58,751 bases of DNA from Gammaproteobacteria bacterium. GTDB lineage: Bacteria > Pseudomonadota > Gammaproteobacteria > Steroidobacterales > Steroidobacteraceae. The notes beneath the pieces were generated by a model. That model was not told where the DNA came from. It saw only the letters and a list, made by a program, of their open reading frames with translations, and ran no database searches. The DNA lies in the NCBI GenBank assembly GCA_028870705.1, contig JAGWPD010000252.1, positions 1-58,751 of the forward strand. Direction: 5' to 3'. The position numbers were made by a program, and so were the translations under genes. This document shows positions 33,980 to 44,642 of the stretch, one piece after another (within the stretch, counting starts at the first letter, position 1; each line of letters starts with the position of its first letter).

Positions 33980-34666
33980 GTGAACGTATTGCTCATCGAA
34001 GACAGCGCCGATCTCGCCGCCAACGTGGGGGAGTTCCTGGAATCACGCGGGCTGACGGTCGACTACGCCTATGACGGACGCTCCGGACTGCACCTGGCCG
34101 CGAGCAACCGCTACGACGTGCTGATCCTCGATCTCAATCTCCCGGGCATCGACGGCCTCACCCTGTGCCGGCGGCTGCGCGAAGGTTCGCACCGTGATCT
34201 GCCCATCCTGATGCTCACGGCGCGCGACACCGAACACGACAAGTTGACGGGCTTCGAGGCGGGCACCGACGACTATCTGACCAAGCCGTTTTCGCTCCAG
34301 GAGCTGCTGGCACGCTTGCGCGCGCTGGCACGCCGCGCCTCCGGCTCCAGTCAGGAGGTCACGCTGGAAGTGGGCGATCTGAGCTTCGATGCCAAAGCCC
34401 TGGAAGTCCGGCGCGGCACCCGGCGAATCGAGCTGACGCCGATCGAATTGCGGCTGCTGGAACTGCTGATGCGTGCCTCCCCCGGCGTCGTGAGCCGCGG
34501 GCAGATCGAACGCGCGGTCTGGGGCGATGCGCCGCCGGACAGCGACGCGGCGCTGCGCGGTCACATACACGCGCTGCGCGCGGCGATCGATCACGGCATG
34601 CAGCACAAGCTCCTGCATACCGTGCACGGCATCGGCTACCGGATCGCGGTCCAGAATGAACTTTAG
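33980..34666 (+). CDS. OmpR-family response regulator
   Basis: GTG start. Motifs 'NVLLIEDSADL', 'LILDLNLPGIDG', 'GTDDYLTKPF' and 'TVHGIGYRI'. Confidence 0.9.
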   Translation: MNVLLIEDSADLAANVGEFLESRGLTVDYAYDGRSGLHLAASNRYDVLILDLNLPGIDGLTLCRRLREGSHRDLPILMLTARDTEHDKLTGFEAGTDDYLTKPFSLQELLARLRALARRASGSSQEVTLEVGDLSFDAKALEVRRGTRRIELTPIELRLLELLMRASPGVVSRGQIERAVWGDAPPDSDAALRGHIHALRAAIDHGMQHKLLHTVHGIGYRIAVQNEL

Positions 34667-35954
34667 GCTCAACCTGCGCGCGCGCTTCTGGCTGGCGATG
34701 CTGTCGATCGTGGCCGTGCTGTGCCTGGCCTTCAGCATCACGGTGCATGAATTCATCGAGCTGCTGGAGCGCGAGATGGTCAACCGCACACTGGTGCGCG
34801 AGATGCAGGAATTCACGGCCGATTTTGCCCGGCACCCGGAGCATGCCCCACCCGCCGAGGCGGGCCTGACCGGATTCATCGTGCGCACCGCCGACGACGG
34901 ACGACGCCTGCCGCCGCGCATCGGCCAGCTGGGCGTCGGCCTGCACTGGCACGTCGAGGTCAACGAACGGCAGTATGCCGTGGCCGTGGAAGATAGCGGC
35001 GCGAGCCGCCTGTACCTGATGCTGGACATGGAGCCGGTCGATTCGCTCGAAGACAGCGTCCTCACGACCGCGGCCATCGCCGGATTGCTCGCGCTGGCGC
35101 TATCGGCGGTGCTGGCGATCGGGCTGTCGCGCGCGGTGATGCGGCCGGTGACCGAACTGGCCATGGCCGTCACCGCGCTTGATCCAAGGCGGCGCGAACT
35201 GCGATTGCATCAGCGGTTTGCCGACCGCGAAGTCAGTAGCATCGCGGCGGCGTTCGACGACTACATCGGGCGACTGGCGGGCGTGCTGGAGCGCGAACAG
35301 GCCTTCACCGAGGACGCCAGTCATGAGTTGCGCACGCCATTGGCGATCATCGCCAGCGCCGCGCAACTGCTGGCGGAGGAAAGCCAGCTGTCGACGCTGG
35401 GCCAGGAGCGGATCGTGCGCATCCGCAGGGCCTGCACCCAGATGGAAGCGCTGATCGAGACGCTGCTGTTTCTGGCGCGCGAGGACAGCCGCACGCCCGC
35501 ACAGAGCTGCGCACTCGACGAGATCGTCCGCGAGGCGGTCGATGCCGCCATGATCGTCGCGGCCGAGAAGGCGGTGGCCATCGACGCGGAACTGCAGGCG
35601 GTGAGCGTGACGGCGCCACCCGGCATGGCCGCCTGCGTAGTCAACAATCTGCTGCTCAACGCCATCAGCTTTACCCCGCGCGGGTTGATCGAAGTGAAGC
35701 TGACGCCGGCGGAACTCATGGTGCGGGATACCGGCGTCGGCATCGCCCCCAGTGATCTGTCGCGGATATTCGAACGACGCTATCGGGGCTCCACCAGCCG
35801 GGGACTGGGCCTGGGGCTGTACCTCGTCAGCCGCATCTGCGAGCACCTGCACTGGACGATCAGTGCCGACAGCGAGGAAGGCGTGGGAACGACATTCCGG
35901 ATCAGGCTGCAATCCGCGGCGACGACCGGTCAGCCTGAAGGAGCGCCCACGTGA
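34656..35954 (+). CDS. Sensor histidine kinase
   Basis: The ATG at 34656 overlaps the response-regulator stop by 11 nt. Two TM segments. H-box 'FTEDASHELRTPLAII'; G-box 'GLGLGLYLVSRIC'. Confidence 0.88.
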   Translation: MNFRLNLRARFWLAMLSIVAVLCLAFSITVHEFIELLEREMVNRTLVREMQEFTADFARHPEHAPPAEAGLTGFIVRTADDGRRLPPRIGQLGVGLHWHVEVNERQYAVAVEDSGASRLYLMLDMEPVDSLEDSVLTTAAIAGLLALALSAVLAIGLSRAVMRPVTELAMAVTALDPRRRELRLHQRFADREVSSIAAAFDDYIGRLAGVLEREQAFTEDASHELRTPLAIIASAAQLLAEESQLSTLGQERIVRIRRACTQMEALIETLLFLAREDSRTPAQSCALDEIVREAVDAAMIVAAEKAVAIDAELQAVSVTAPPGMAACVVNNLLLNAISFTPRGLIEVKLTPAELMVRDTGVGIAPSDLSRIFERRYRGSTSRGLGLGLYLVSRICEHLHWTISADSEEGVGTTFRIRLQSAATTGQPEGAPT

Positions 35955-37297
35955 GCGCTGGCCCGGCTGAGCGTGCTGGCGCACGGTGGGCGCTGTCCAC
36001 TCTGTCCGCACTGTCCGCACTGTTGCTGGCCGGTTGCGCGACCTACTCGCCGCGGCCGCTGCCGGCACACCCCGATCTGGCCTCGGCGGCTCCTGCGAAC
36101 GGGGCCGCACTCGATATGGATACGGTTGCGACGATCGCCATGCTCAACAATCCCGATCTGAAAGCGGCGCGTGCCAGGGCGCGCGTGGGCGTGGCCCAGG
36201 CGTTCGCCGCCGGCATCCCGCCCAATCCGCAACTGTCGGGCAGCCGCGATCTACCGACCGGCGGCGTGGCGGGGCTGGTCACCGCCTATAGCCTCGGACT
36301 CGCACTCGATCTCCAGTCGCTGATCACGCAGCCGCTCAGGGCCGGCGCTGCCCACGCGGCCCGCGACCAGGCGCTACTCGATCTGCTCTGGCAGGAATGG
36401 CAGACGGTGGCAATGGCGCGCACCTTGTACGTGAGCAGTTACTTTGACCAGGGCAAACGGGAATACCTGGCGCAGGCCGACGCGAATTTCACCCAGCAGA
36501 ACCAGGGCACCGAGCGCGCACTGCAGGCGGGAGACATCGGTCTCGATCAGGCCGGCGGCGACGTGGCCGTGCTGGCGGACATTCGCAGCCGGCAGGGAGC
36601 GGCGCAGCGCAGTGCGCTGCAGGCGGATCAGGCGCTGCGCGCGCTGCTGGGCCTCACGGCCGAAGTGCCGATGCCGCTGCTGGCGCTGGCCGAACCTGCG
36701 GTGCCAGACCACGATGCGGTGGCCGCGGGCATCGCCAGACTCCCGGGCGCGAGACCGGATCTGCTTGCCCTGCAGGCGGGCTATCGCAGCCAGGAGCGGC
36801 GCCTGCACCAGGCGGTGCTGGCGCAATTCCCCGGCATCTCGGTCGCGTTCGGCAGCGCGCGCGATACCAGCGATATCCACACCCGTTCGCTGGGCGTGAC
36901 GCTCAATCTGCCGCTGTTCGACCATGGCCAGAGAGACATCGCCGTGCAGCGCGCGACCCGCGAGCAGCTGCGTGCGGAATACCAGGCGCGCCTCGATCTG
37001 GCGAGTGCCGACGCCTGGCGCCTTTGGTCCGAAGCGCAGCAACTGCAACTGCAGATCCGCGAGGCCAGCGAGCGCCTGCCACAATTGCAGCGTCTGGCGG
37101 TCAGTTCAGCCAAAGCCTACGCCGCACGCGACATAACCGCGACCACTTACCTGACCACGTTGTCCACGGTGTTGAACAGCCAGACGGAACTGTTCGACCT
37201 GCGCGCCTCGCTGTGGAGCGATGTCATCGCGCTCGGCACGGTGCTGGGTACGCAGGTCGAGCCCGTCACTGCCGCGCAAAGGACCCAAGCCCCATGA
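35951..37297 (+). CDS. RND outer-membrane factor lipoprotein (NodT/TolC family)
   Basis: The GTG start overlaps the kinase stop. Lipobox 'LLLAGCATY'. Helical repeat architecture typical of OMFs. Confidence 0.85.
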   Translation: MSAGPAERAGARWALSTLSALSALLLAGCATYSPRPLPAHPDLASAAPANGAALDMDTVATIAMLNNPDLKAARARARVGVAQAFAAGIPPNPQLSGSRDLPTGGVAGLVTAYSLGLALDLQSLITQPLRAGAAHAARDQALLDLLWQEWQTVAMARTLYVSSYFDQGKREYLAQADANFTQQNQGTERALQAGDIGLDQAGGDVAVLADIRSRQGAAQRSALQADQALRALLGLTAEVPMPLLALAEPAVPDHDAVAAGIARLPGARPDLLALQAGYRSQERRLHQAVLAQFPGISVAFGSARDTSDIHTRSLGVTLNLPLFDHGQRDIAVQRATREQLRAEYQARLDLASADAWRLWSEAQQLQLQIREASERLPQLQRLAVSSAKAYAARDITATTYLTTLSTVLNSQTELFDLRASLWSDVIALGTVLGTQVEPVTAAQRTQAP

Positions 37298-38376
37298 AAG
37301 CGACGTTTCCCTTGAGTGCACGCCTGGCCCGGACGCTCGCCACGGTGACGCTGCCGGCCATCCTGCTGCTGCCGCTGGCGGCGTGCTCGCAATCGGGGGG
37401 TGAGCCCGAAGTGGTGCCGGTCGCCGCGGTCGCGACGGCGCCCGCCATCGAAGGATCACTGTCCGCGAACGCCGTGTCCTACGGCACGGTGACATCCGCT
37501 CCGCGTCACACGTTCATCGTGGCCGTGCTGCACGATGCGGTCGTGAAGAGCGTGAATGTGCGCGACGGCGCGGCGGTGCAGGCCGGTGCAGCGCTGGTGA
37601 CGGTCGGTCCGGCGCCGACCGCGATCGCGCAATTCGCGCAAAGCAGTTCGACGCTCGATTTCGCCACCCAGGATCTCGCCCGGGTGGAACGCTTGTATGC
37701 CGACAAGCTGGCGTCCAACGACCAGCTGGCAGCAGCCCGGAAGGCCAAGGCCGATGCGCAGGTGCAGCTGGAGCAGCTGCGTGCCACGGGCTCAGGCGCT
37801 GCCGAGGAGGTGTTGCGCGCACCGTTTGCCGGGGTGATCAGCGGCCTGCGTGCCACGGCGGGCGATCGGCTGCAGGCGAACACCGTGCTGGGCACGCTCT
37901 CGAGCAGCACCGATCTGGTCGTCCAGCTCGGCCTTGAGCCCCGTGATGCGGCCCGACTCGCGCCCGGCGCCGCCGTCCGGCTGGTCAGCCCACTCGATGC
38001 GACCGTGGTGCTCTCCGGCCTGCTGACTTCGGTGGGCGCTTTCGTGGATCCGGTCAGCCGGCTGGTGAAGGCCGTCGCGTCCATCCCCGCCACGCCACCC
38101 GGCCGCGTTACGCTGGGGATGACGCTGATCGGGCACCTGACCCTGCCGCCACACAAAGGCATACTCATTCCGCGCACCGCGCTGCTGGAAGATTCCCAGG
38201 GCACCTACGTCTTTGCGGTGATTGGCGGCAAGGCGCATCGGCAGGCGGTGCAGGTCGTGGTGGAAACCGACGATAAGGCGCTGGTCTCCGCTGGGCTGGC
38301 CGCCGGCACGCGCGTCATCGTGACGGGCAACGCGGCGCTGCAGGAGGGCACCGCGGTCCAGGAGCCCAAGCCGTGA
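37294..38376 (+). CDS. RND periplasmic adaptor (membrane fusion protein)
   Basis: ATGA overlap with the OMF. Lipoprotein-like 'LLLPLAACSQ'. Coiled-coil 'DQLAAARKAKADAQVQLEQLR', followed by beta-barrel segments. Confidence 0.85.
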   Translation: MKATFPLSARLARTLATVTLPAILLLPLAACSQSGGEPEVVPVAAVATAPAIEGSLSANAVSYGTVTSAPRHTFIVAVLHDAVVKSVNVRDGAAVQAGAALVTVGPAPTAIAQFAQSSSTLDFATQDLARVERLYADKLASNDQLAAARKAKADAQVQLEQLRATGSGAAEEVLRAPFAGVISGLRATAGDRLQANTVLGTLSSSTDLVVQLGLEPRDAARLAPGAAVRLVSPLDATVVLSGLLTSVGAFVDPVSRLVKAVASIPATPPGRVTLGMTLIGHLTLPPHKGILIPRTALLEDSQGTYVFAVIGGKAHRQAVQVVVETDDKALVSAGLAAGTRVIVTGNAALQEGTAVQEPKP

Positions 38377-41300
38377 ACTGGGCCCAATGGGCCTCGCACC
38401 ACCGGCGCTCCATCCTGTTCCTGCTGGCGGTCATCGCCATCGGCGGCGTGATCAGCGGGCTCAACCTGCCCGTGGCCCTGTTCCCCCAGGTGAGTTTCCC
38501 GCGAATCGCGGTGGCGATAGAGGCGGGTGACCAACCCGCAGCGCAGATGGTCACCCTGGTCACGCGACCGGTCGAACAGGCCATCAAGGCGGTGCCTGGC
38601 CTGCGCAGCATACGTTCAACCACCAGCCGCGGCAGCGCCGAGATGTCGTTGAACTTCGACTGGGGACTGGACATGGCCGTGTCCACGCTGCAGGTGCAGG
38701 CCGAGATCAATCGCGTTCTGCCTGCCTTGCCAGCCGGCACCAGTTTCACCGTCCGCCGCATGAATCCCAATGTGTTTCCGGTGGCCGCGTACAGCCTGAC
38801 ATCCAATTCCCTCGACCTGGTCAAGGTCAGGGAAATCGCGCAGTACGAGCTCGTGCCACTGCTTTCATCCATCACCGGTGTCGCACAGGTGGAGGTGCAC
38901 GGGGGTGCGGCCCGGGAAGTGCGGGTGGATGCCGATCCCGGCCGGCTGGCGAGTTATGGCCTGAGCATGGACGACGTGGCCAAGTCGCTGTCGGCCGCCA
39001 ACGTGCTCGCGGCGGTCGGACGCACCGCCGACCGGCACAAGCTGCTGCTGGCACTGTCGGACACCCAGTTGACGACGCCCGACCAGGTGCGTCAGGTGAT
39101 CGTGCGCAGCGGGCCCGATGGCGCGATCCGCCTTGCCGATGTCGCACGCGTATTCGAGACCGCCGCGCCCAGCTGGACCGTGGTCACCGCGGACGGACAT
39201 CCGGCGGTCATCGTGCAGGTCAAGCAGCAGATCGACGGCAATTCTGTGCAGATCATCCGGGACGTCAATCGCGCGCTCAGCGCCTACGCCTCGAGGCTGC
39301 CGCCCGATTTCAAGATCAGCAACTGGTACGACCAGAGCGAGCTGATCCTGGGTTCGGCGCACAGCGTCTTCGAGGCGGTGTTGATCGGCGTGGCGCTCGC
39401 GGGCCTGGTGCTGTTCGTGTTCCTGCGCAATCTGAAGATCACGCTGATCACCCTGATCGTCGTGCCGGCGGTGCTCGCGGCCACCACGCTGCTGCTGTCG
39501 GTGCTCGGCATGAGTTTCAACATCATGACCCTGGGTGGCATGGCGGCCGCCATCGGCCTGATCGTCGATGACGCCATCGTCATGATCGAGCAGATCGAGC
39601 GCCGGCTGCACAGCGATGGCGAGGAGGGCCGCGCGCAGATCCGCGCCGCGGCCTGGGAATTCCTCAAGCCGCTGGCGGGATCCTCGGCGGCCACCATCGT
39701 CATCTTCATTCCGCTCGCCTTCCTGACCGGCGTCACCGGCGCGTTCTTCAAGGCCTTGTCGCTGACGCTGTCCGCGGCCCTGATAGCCTCGTTCCTGGTC
39801 GCTTATTTCGTCATTCCGCTGCTCGCGGAATTCGTGATTACCTCGAAGGAGGCACAGGCCGAGGCGCATACCGGTCCTGCGCTCGCCTGGGTACTCGGCC
39901 GCTACCGCGCGCTGTTCGAGCGCCTGCGCGCGCGCCCGTGGCTGCTGGTGCCGGTGATTGCGGCTTTCCTGCTGCTCGGAGGTTTCGCCTACACGCAGGT
40001 GGGCAGCGGCTTCATGCCGACGCAGGACGAAGGCGGCTTCGTGTTCGACTACCTCTCGCCTCCCGGCACTTCCCTGCAGGATACGGACGCCATGCTGCAG
40101 CAGGTCGAGGCCATTCTGCGCTCGACACCCGAGGTGCTCACCTACTCCCGGCGCACCGGCCTGCAGCTCGGCGGCGGACTGACCGAGTCGAATACCGGCG
40201 ACATATTCGTGCGCCTGAAGCCGCTGCCGCGGCGCGATATCCAGGTGGTCATGGCGGAGATCCGCGAGCGCGTCGGCCGCACCATTCCGGGCCTCGATGT
40301 GGAGACGGCGCTGCTGATGGAGGACCTGATCGGCGATCTGACCGCGGTACCGCAACCCATCGAGGTCAAGATCTTCGGCGATGATCCGGCCGCACTCAAT
40401 GCCATTGCGCCGCAGGTCGCCAAGGCCATAGCCGTCGTACCGGGCGTCACGGAAATCAGGGACGGCGTGATCATCGCCGGCGACGCACTGGATATCCGCG
40501 TGGATCCGCTGAAGGCCGGCCTGGAAGGGCTCGATCCGGACCAGGTCACCAGGCAGGTAAAGGCCTTCCTGTCCGGAACCGTGGCGACGCAGCTGCAGAA
40601 TCTCGATCGCAGCATCGATGTGCGCGTCTGGCTGCCGCCGGAACAGCGCGCGACGCCCAACGACATCCGCGCGCTGCGCCTGACGGCCCCTGATGGCCAT
40701 CTGGTACCCCTGGGCAGGGTGGCGCAGTTGCAGCTGGTGACCGGCCAGCCGCAGATCACGCGCGAGAATCTCAAGCCGATGACGGCCGTGACGGCGCGCA
40801 TTGAAGGCCGCGATCTCGGCAGCACCATCGCCGACGTCAAAGCGGTGCTGGCGAAATCCACGTTGTTTTCCCAGGGCACCTACTACGAGCTGGGCGGACT
40901 CTACGCCCAGCAGCAGATCGCGTTCCGTGGGCTGATCGGCGTGCTGATCGCCGCCTTTGCGCTGGTGTTCTTCCTGCTGCTGTATCTCTACGAGCGATTC
41001 ACGCTGGCGCTGTTGATCATCGCCATGCCGTTGCTGGCGATGGCGGCGGTGTTCATGGGGCTGTGGCTCACCGGCATCGAGCTCAACATTTCCGCGATGA
41101 TGGGCATGACCATGGTCGTCGGCATCGTTACCGAGATTGCGATTTTCTATTTTTCTGAGTATGAGCTGCTGGTCGACGATGGCATGACGCACGAAGCGGC
41201 GATCATCGCGGCCGGCAGCAATCGGCTGCGACCGATCGCGATGACCACGATCGCGGCGATTCTGGCGTTGCTGCCGCTGGCCCTGGGCCTCGGGCAGGGC

Positions 41301-41426
41301 TCGGCGATGCAGCAGCCGCTGGCGATTGCGATCATCTCGGGTCTGATGGTGCAGATGCCGCTCGTGCTGATCGCGATGCCCATTGCGTTTGCGCACTGGA
41401 CTCGCCGCCAGACGCTTGCCCCCTGA
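38373..41426 (+). CDS. RND efflux permease (1017 aa), not of the CusA/CzcA TM4 signature type
   Basis: GTGA overlap with the adaptor. 12-TM RND architecture. TM4 reads 'AAIGLIVDDAIVMIEQIE', which is HAE-like and not the 'DFG..DGA..VEN' or CusA 'AIGAMVDAA' forms. Confidence 0.85.
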   Translation: MNWAQWASHHRRSILFLLAVIAIGGVISGLNLPVALFPQVSFPRIAVAIEAGDQPAAQMVTLVTRPVEQAIKAVPGLRSIRSTTSRGSAEMSLNFDWGLDMAVSTLQVQAEINRVLPALPAGTSFTVRRMNPNVFPVAAYSLTSNSLDLVKVREIAQYELVPLLSSITGVAQVEVHGGAAREVRVDADPGRLASYGLSMDDVAKSLSAANVLAAVGRTADRHKLLLALSDTQLTTPDQVRQVIVRSGPDGAIRLADVARVFETAAPSWTVVTADGHPAVIVQVKQQIDGNSVQIIRDVNRALSAYASRLPPDFKISNWYDQSELILGSAHSVFEAVLIGVALAGLVLFVFLRNLKITLITLIVVPAVLAATTLLLSVLGMSFNIMTLGGMAAAIGLIVDDAIVMIEQIERRLHSDGEEGRAQIRAAAWEFLKPLAGSSAATIVIFIPLAFLTGVTGAFFKALSLTLSAALIASFLVAYFVIPLLAEFVITSKEAQAEAHTGPALAWVLGRYRALFERLRARPWLLVPVIAAFLLLGGFAYTQVGSGFMPTQDEGGFVFDYLSPPGTSLQDTDAMLQQVEAILRSTPEVLTYSRRTGLQLGGGLTESNTGDIFVRLKPLPRRDIQVVMAEIRERVGRTIPGLDVETALLMEDLIGDLTAVPQPIEVKIFGDDPAALNAIAPQVAKAIAVVPGVTEIRDGVIIAGDALDIRVDPLKAGLEGLDPDQVTRQVKAFLSGTVATQLQNLDRSIDVRVWLPPEQRATPNDIRALRLTAPDGHLVPLGRVAQLQLVTGQPQITRENLKPMTAVTARIEGRDLGSTIADVKAVLAKSTLFSQGTYYELGGLYAQQQIAFRGLIGVLIAAFALVFFLLLYLYERFTLALLIIAMPLLAMAAVFMGLWLTGIELNISAMMGMTMVVGIVTEIAIFYFSEYELLVDDGMTHEAAIIAAGSNRLRPIAMTTIAAILALLPLALGLGQGSAMQQPLAIAIISGLMVQMPLVLIAMPIAFAHWTRRQTLAP

Positions 41427-41513
41427 GGACCTGCGGCGTGACCACGCCTGGCTCGAGCCGGCATTGGGATGGAGTCTGTGGCCGGCTTACCCGGGAGCGG
41501 CGCGCGTACGCAG

Positions 41514-44500
41514 CTACACTCGCCAGGCACGGCGACGGACGAGCAGGAACGCGGCGGGCAACACGAACATCGTCAGCAGCGTGGCGCTGATCATGCCGCC
41601 GACCATGGGTGCCGCGATGCGGCGCATGACCTCCGAACCCGTGCCGCTGCCCCACATGACGGGCAGGAGTCCCGCGATGATCACCGCAACCGTCATGGCC
41701 ACTGGCCGCACGCGCAGCGCCGCGCCTTCGATGATGGCGGTGCGCAGCGCCTCGGCCGCACCGCTCCGCTGTCCGCCTGCGGCATTGACGGCCTGGTTGA
41801 TGTAGACCAGCATGACGACGCCGATCTCGGCGGCCACGCCCGCCAGCGCGATGAACCCGACCGCCGCTGCCACCGACAGGTTGTAGCCCAGCAGGTAGAT
41901 CAGCCAAAGCCCCCCCACCAGTGCGACCGGCAGCGTCGCCATGATCAGCATTGCATCGTCGAGCCTGCGGAAAGTCAGGTACAGCAGCACGAGGATGATC
42001 AGCAAGGTGGCCGGCACGACCAGCCGCAGGCGCGCCGCCGCCCGTTGCAGAAACTCGAATTGCCCCGACCACGCCAGGGCATAACCGGGCGGCAGCCTGA
42101 CGTCCCGTGCCACCGCCGCCTGCATGTCGTGCACGGCAGCGCTGAGCGCACGACCATGCAGGTCGACATAGACCCAGCCGGAAAGTCGGCCGTTTTCGCT
42201 CTTGAGCATCGATGGTCCGTCGCTGATGGAGATCGTGGCGACCTCTCCCAGGGTGATGGCCGCGCCGCTCGGCGTCACCACCGGCAACGCGCGCAGCTTG
42301 GGCACCGAGTCGCGCAACTCCCGTGGATAACGCACGTTGATGGGAAAGCGTTGCCGCCCCTCCACGGTCTCGCCGATATTGTCGCCGCCGATCGCTCCGG
42401 ACACGATGCTCTGTACGTCCGCAATGTTGAGCCCGAAGCGTGCCGCCGCTGTCCGATCGATGCGCACATCGACATAACGTCCGCCCCGCAGCCGTTCGGC
42501 GAACGCCGAGGTGACGCCCGGCACGGCACTCACCGCGCGTTCCACCTGCAGCGCCAGGCGATCGACCTCCGCCAGATCGGGTCCCGCGACCTTGATGCCC
42601 ACCGGGCTCTTGATGCCCGTGGCGAGCATGTCGATCCGGTTGCGGATTGGCGGCACCCAGATGTTGGTCAACCCCGGCACCTGCACCAGATGATCGAGCT
42701 GCTGCACGAGTTTCTCCGGTGTCAGGCCCGCCCGCCATTGGTCACGGGGCTTGAACTGGATGGTGGTTTCGAACATCTCCAGCGGCGCGGGATCGGTGGC
42801 CGTCTCGGCACGGCCCGCTTTGCCAAAGACGCTGGCCACTTCGGGCACGGTCTTGATCAGGCGGTCCGTCTGCTGCAGCAGCTCGCCGACCTTGCCGGCT
42901 GAAATGCCGGGCAACGCCGAAGGCATGTAGAGCAGATCGCCCTCGTCGAGCGGCGGCATGAACTCCGCGCCGATGTGCTGCAGGGGGTAGAGGCTCGCGA
43001 GCAGGATCAGCGCCGCCAGAGCGAGTGTGGAGCGGGGCCAGGCGAGCGCGCGGGCGAGCGCTGGCCGATAGAGCGCCACCAGCGCGCGGTTCAGGGGGTT
43101 GTGCTGTTCCCGCGGAATGCGACCGCGGATGAGGTACCCCATGAGCACCGGGACCAGCGTCACCGCCAGGCCCGCGGCGGCGGCCATCGCGTAGGTTTTG
43201 GTGAAGGCCAGGGGCGAGAACAGTCGCCCCTCCTGCGCCTCCAGCGTAAACACCGGCATGAACGAGAAGGTGATGATCAGGAGCGAGGTGAACAGCGCCG
43301 GACCGACCTGGGCGGCCGCCTCGCCAATCACCTGCCAGCGTGCCTCGCCCTCGAGCCTTGCATCGGCATGCTCCCTGTGCCACGCCTCGATGTGCTTGTG
43401 CGCGTTTTCGATCATGACCACTGCGGCGTCAACCATCGCGCCGATGGCAATGGCGATGCCGCCCAGCGACATGATGTTCGCGTTGACACCCTGGTAGTGC
43501 ATGACGATGAAGGCCATCAGGATGCCCAGTGGCAGCGTCACGATGGCCACCAGCGCGGAGCGCAAATGGAACAGGAACAGGACGCATACCAGCGCGACGA
43601 CGATGAATTCCTCGATGAGCTTGCCACGCAGGTTGTCGATCGAGCGCGCGATGAGCCCGGATCGATCGTAGGTCGGCACGATCTGCACTCCGGCAGGCAG
43701 GCTGGCCTTGAGCGCGGCGAGCCTGGCCTTGACCGCTTCGATGGTAGCGAGCGCATTCTTGCCGCTGCGCATGATGATGATGCCGCCCGCCACCTCCCCT
43801 TCGCCATTGAGCTCGGTGATGCCGCGCCGCATCTCGGGGCCCAGCCGCACCTGCGCGACATCACCCAGGGTCACCGCCACACCCGCGGCAGTGGACTTCA
43901 GCGGTATCTCCTGAAAGTCGCCGAGCGATGTCAGGTAGCCCGAGGCCCGCACCATGTACTCCGCCTCGCCGAGTTCAAGTACCGAGCCGCCGGTCTCCTG
44001 GTTGCCTTGCTGGACGGCCTCGATCACCTGCGCGGGGGTGATGCTGAACGCCCGCAATCGCGCCGGATCCAGCACGATCTGGTACTGGCGCACCATGCCG
44101 CCCACCGAGGCGACTTCCGCCACATTGGGCACGGTCTTGAGTTCGTATTTCAGGAACCAGTCCTGCAGGGCGCGCAGCTCGGACAGATCATGTTGCCCGC
44201 TGCGGTCAACGAGCGCGTATTCGTAGACCCAGCCGAGCCCGGTCGCATCGGGCCCGAGCGAAGCGCGCGCCTGCGCCGGGAGCCGGGATTGCACCTGGTT
44301 CAGGTACTCGAGCACGCGCGAGCGCGCCCAGTAAGGGTCGGTGCCGTCCTCGAAGAGGATGTACACGTACGAATCGCCGAACATCGAATAGCCGCGCACG
44401 GTGCGCGCGCCCGGAACCGAGAGCATGGTGGTGGCCAGCGGGTAGGTCAGCTGGTTCTCCACGATCTGCGGCGCCTGGCCCGGATAGGTCGTGCGGATGA

Positions 44501-44642
44501 TCACCTGCACGTCCGAAAGGTCCGGCAGCGCATCGAGCGGCGTGCGCAGCATGGCCCAGAATCCCCAGGCCGCGAGCAACGCGCTTGCCAGCAGCACCAG
44601 GTAGCGGTTGGCAATCGAGCGGCGAATCAGCGCGGCGATCAC
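41514..44642 (-). CDS. cusA: CusA-type heavy-metal (Cu/Ag) RND efflux permease
   Basis: The GTG start at 44642 (GTGA overlap with cusB) gives '[18 protein letters not shown]', matching the CusA N-terminus. TM4 reads '[21 protein letters not shown]'. The ORF extension to 45128 is spurious. Confidence 0.9.
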   Translation of the reverse strand: MIAALIRRSIANRYLVLLASALLAAWGFWAMLRTPLDALPDLSDVQVIIRTTYPGQAPQIVENQLTYPLATTMLSVPGARTVRGYSMFGDSYVYILFEDGTDPYWARSRVLEYLNQVQSRLPAQARASLGPDATGLGWVYEYALVDRSGQHDLSELRALQDWFLKYELKTVPNVAEVASVGGMVRQYQIVLDPARLRAFSITPAQVIEAVQQGNQETGGSVLELGEAEYMVRASGYLTSLGDFQEIPLKSTAAGVAVTLGDVAQVRLGPEMRRGITELNGEGEVAGGIIIMRSGKNALATIEAVKARLAALKASLPAGVQIVPTYDRSGLIARSIDNLRGKLIEEFIVVALVCVLFLFHLRSALVAIVTLPLGILMAFIVMHYQGVNANIMSLGGIAIAIGAMVDAAVVMIENAHKHIEAWHREHADARLEGEARWQVIGEAAAQVGPALFTSLLIITFSFMPVFTLEAQEGRLFSPLAFTKTYAMAAAAGLAVTLVPVLMGYLIRGRIPREQHNPLNRALVALYRPALARALAWPRSTLALAALILLASLYPLQHIGAEFMPPLDEGDLLYMPSALPGISAGKVGELLQQTDRLIKTVPEVASVFGKAGRAETATDPAPLEMFETTIQFKPRDQWRAGLTPEKLVQQLDHLVQVPGLTNIWVPPIRNRIDMLATGIKSPVGIKVAGPDLAEVDRLALQVERAVSAVPGVTSAFAERLRGGRYVDVRIDRTAAARFGLNIADVQSIVSGAIGGDNIGETVEGRQRFPINVRYPRELRDSVPKLRALPVVTPSGAAITLGEVATISISDGPSMLKSENGRLSGWVYVDLHGRALSAAVHDMQAAVARDVRLPPGYALAWSGQFEFLQRAAARLRLVVPATLLIILVLLYLTFRRLDDAMLIMATLPVALVGGLWLIYLLGYNLSVAAAVGFIALAGVAAEIGVVMLVYINQAVNAAGGQRSGAAEALRTAIIEGAALRVRPVAMTVAVIIAGLLPVMWGSGTGSEVMRRIAAPMVGGMISATLLTMFVLPAAFLLVRRRAWRV

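Noticed and set aside
41427-41513. A possible bidirectional terminator between the convergent RND permease genes (AGCCGGC ... GCCGGCT).
   Set aside because: The stem is only 7 bp with a loop of about 18 nt and no U-tracts, which is too weak to annotate.
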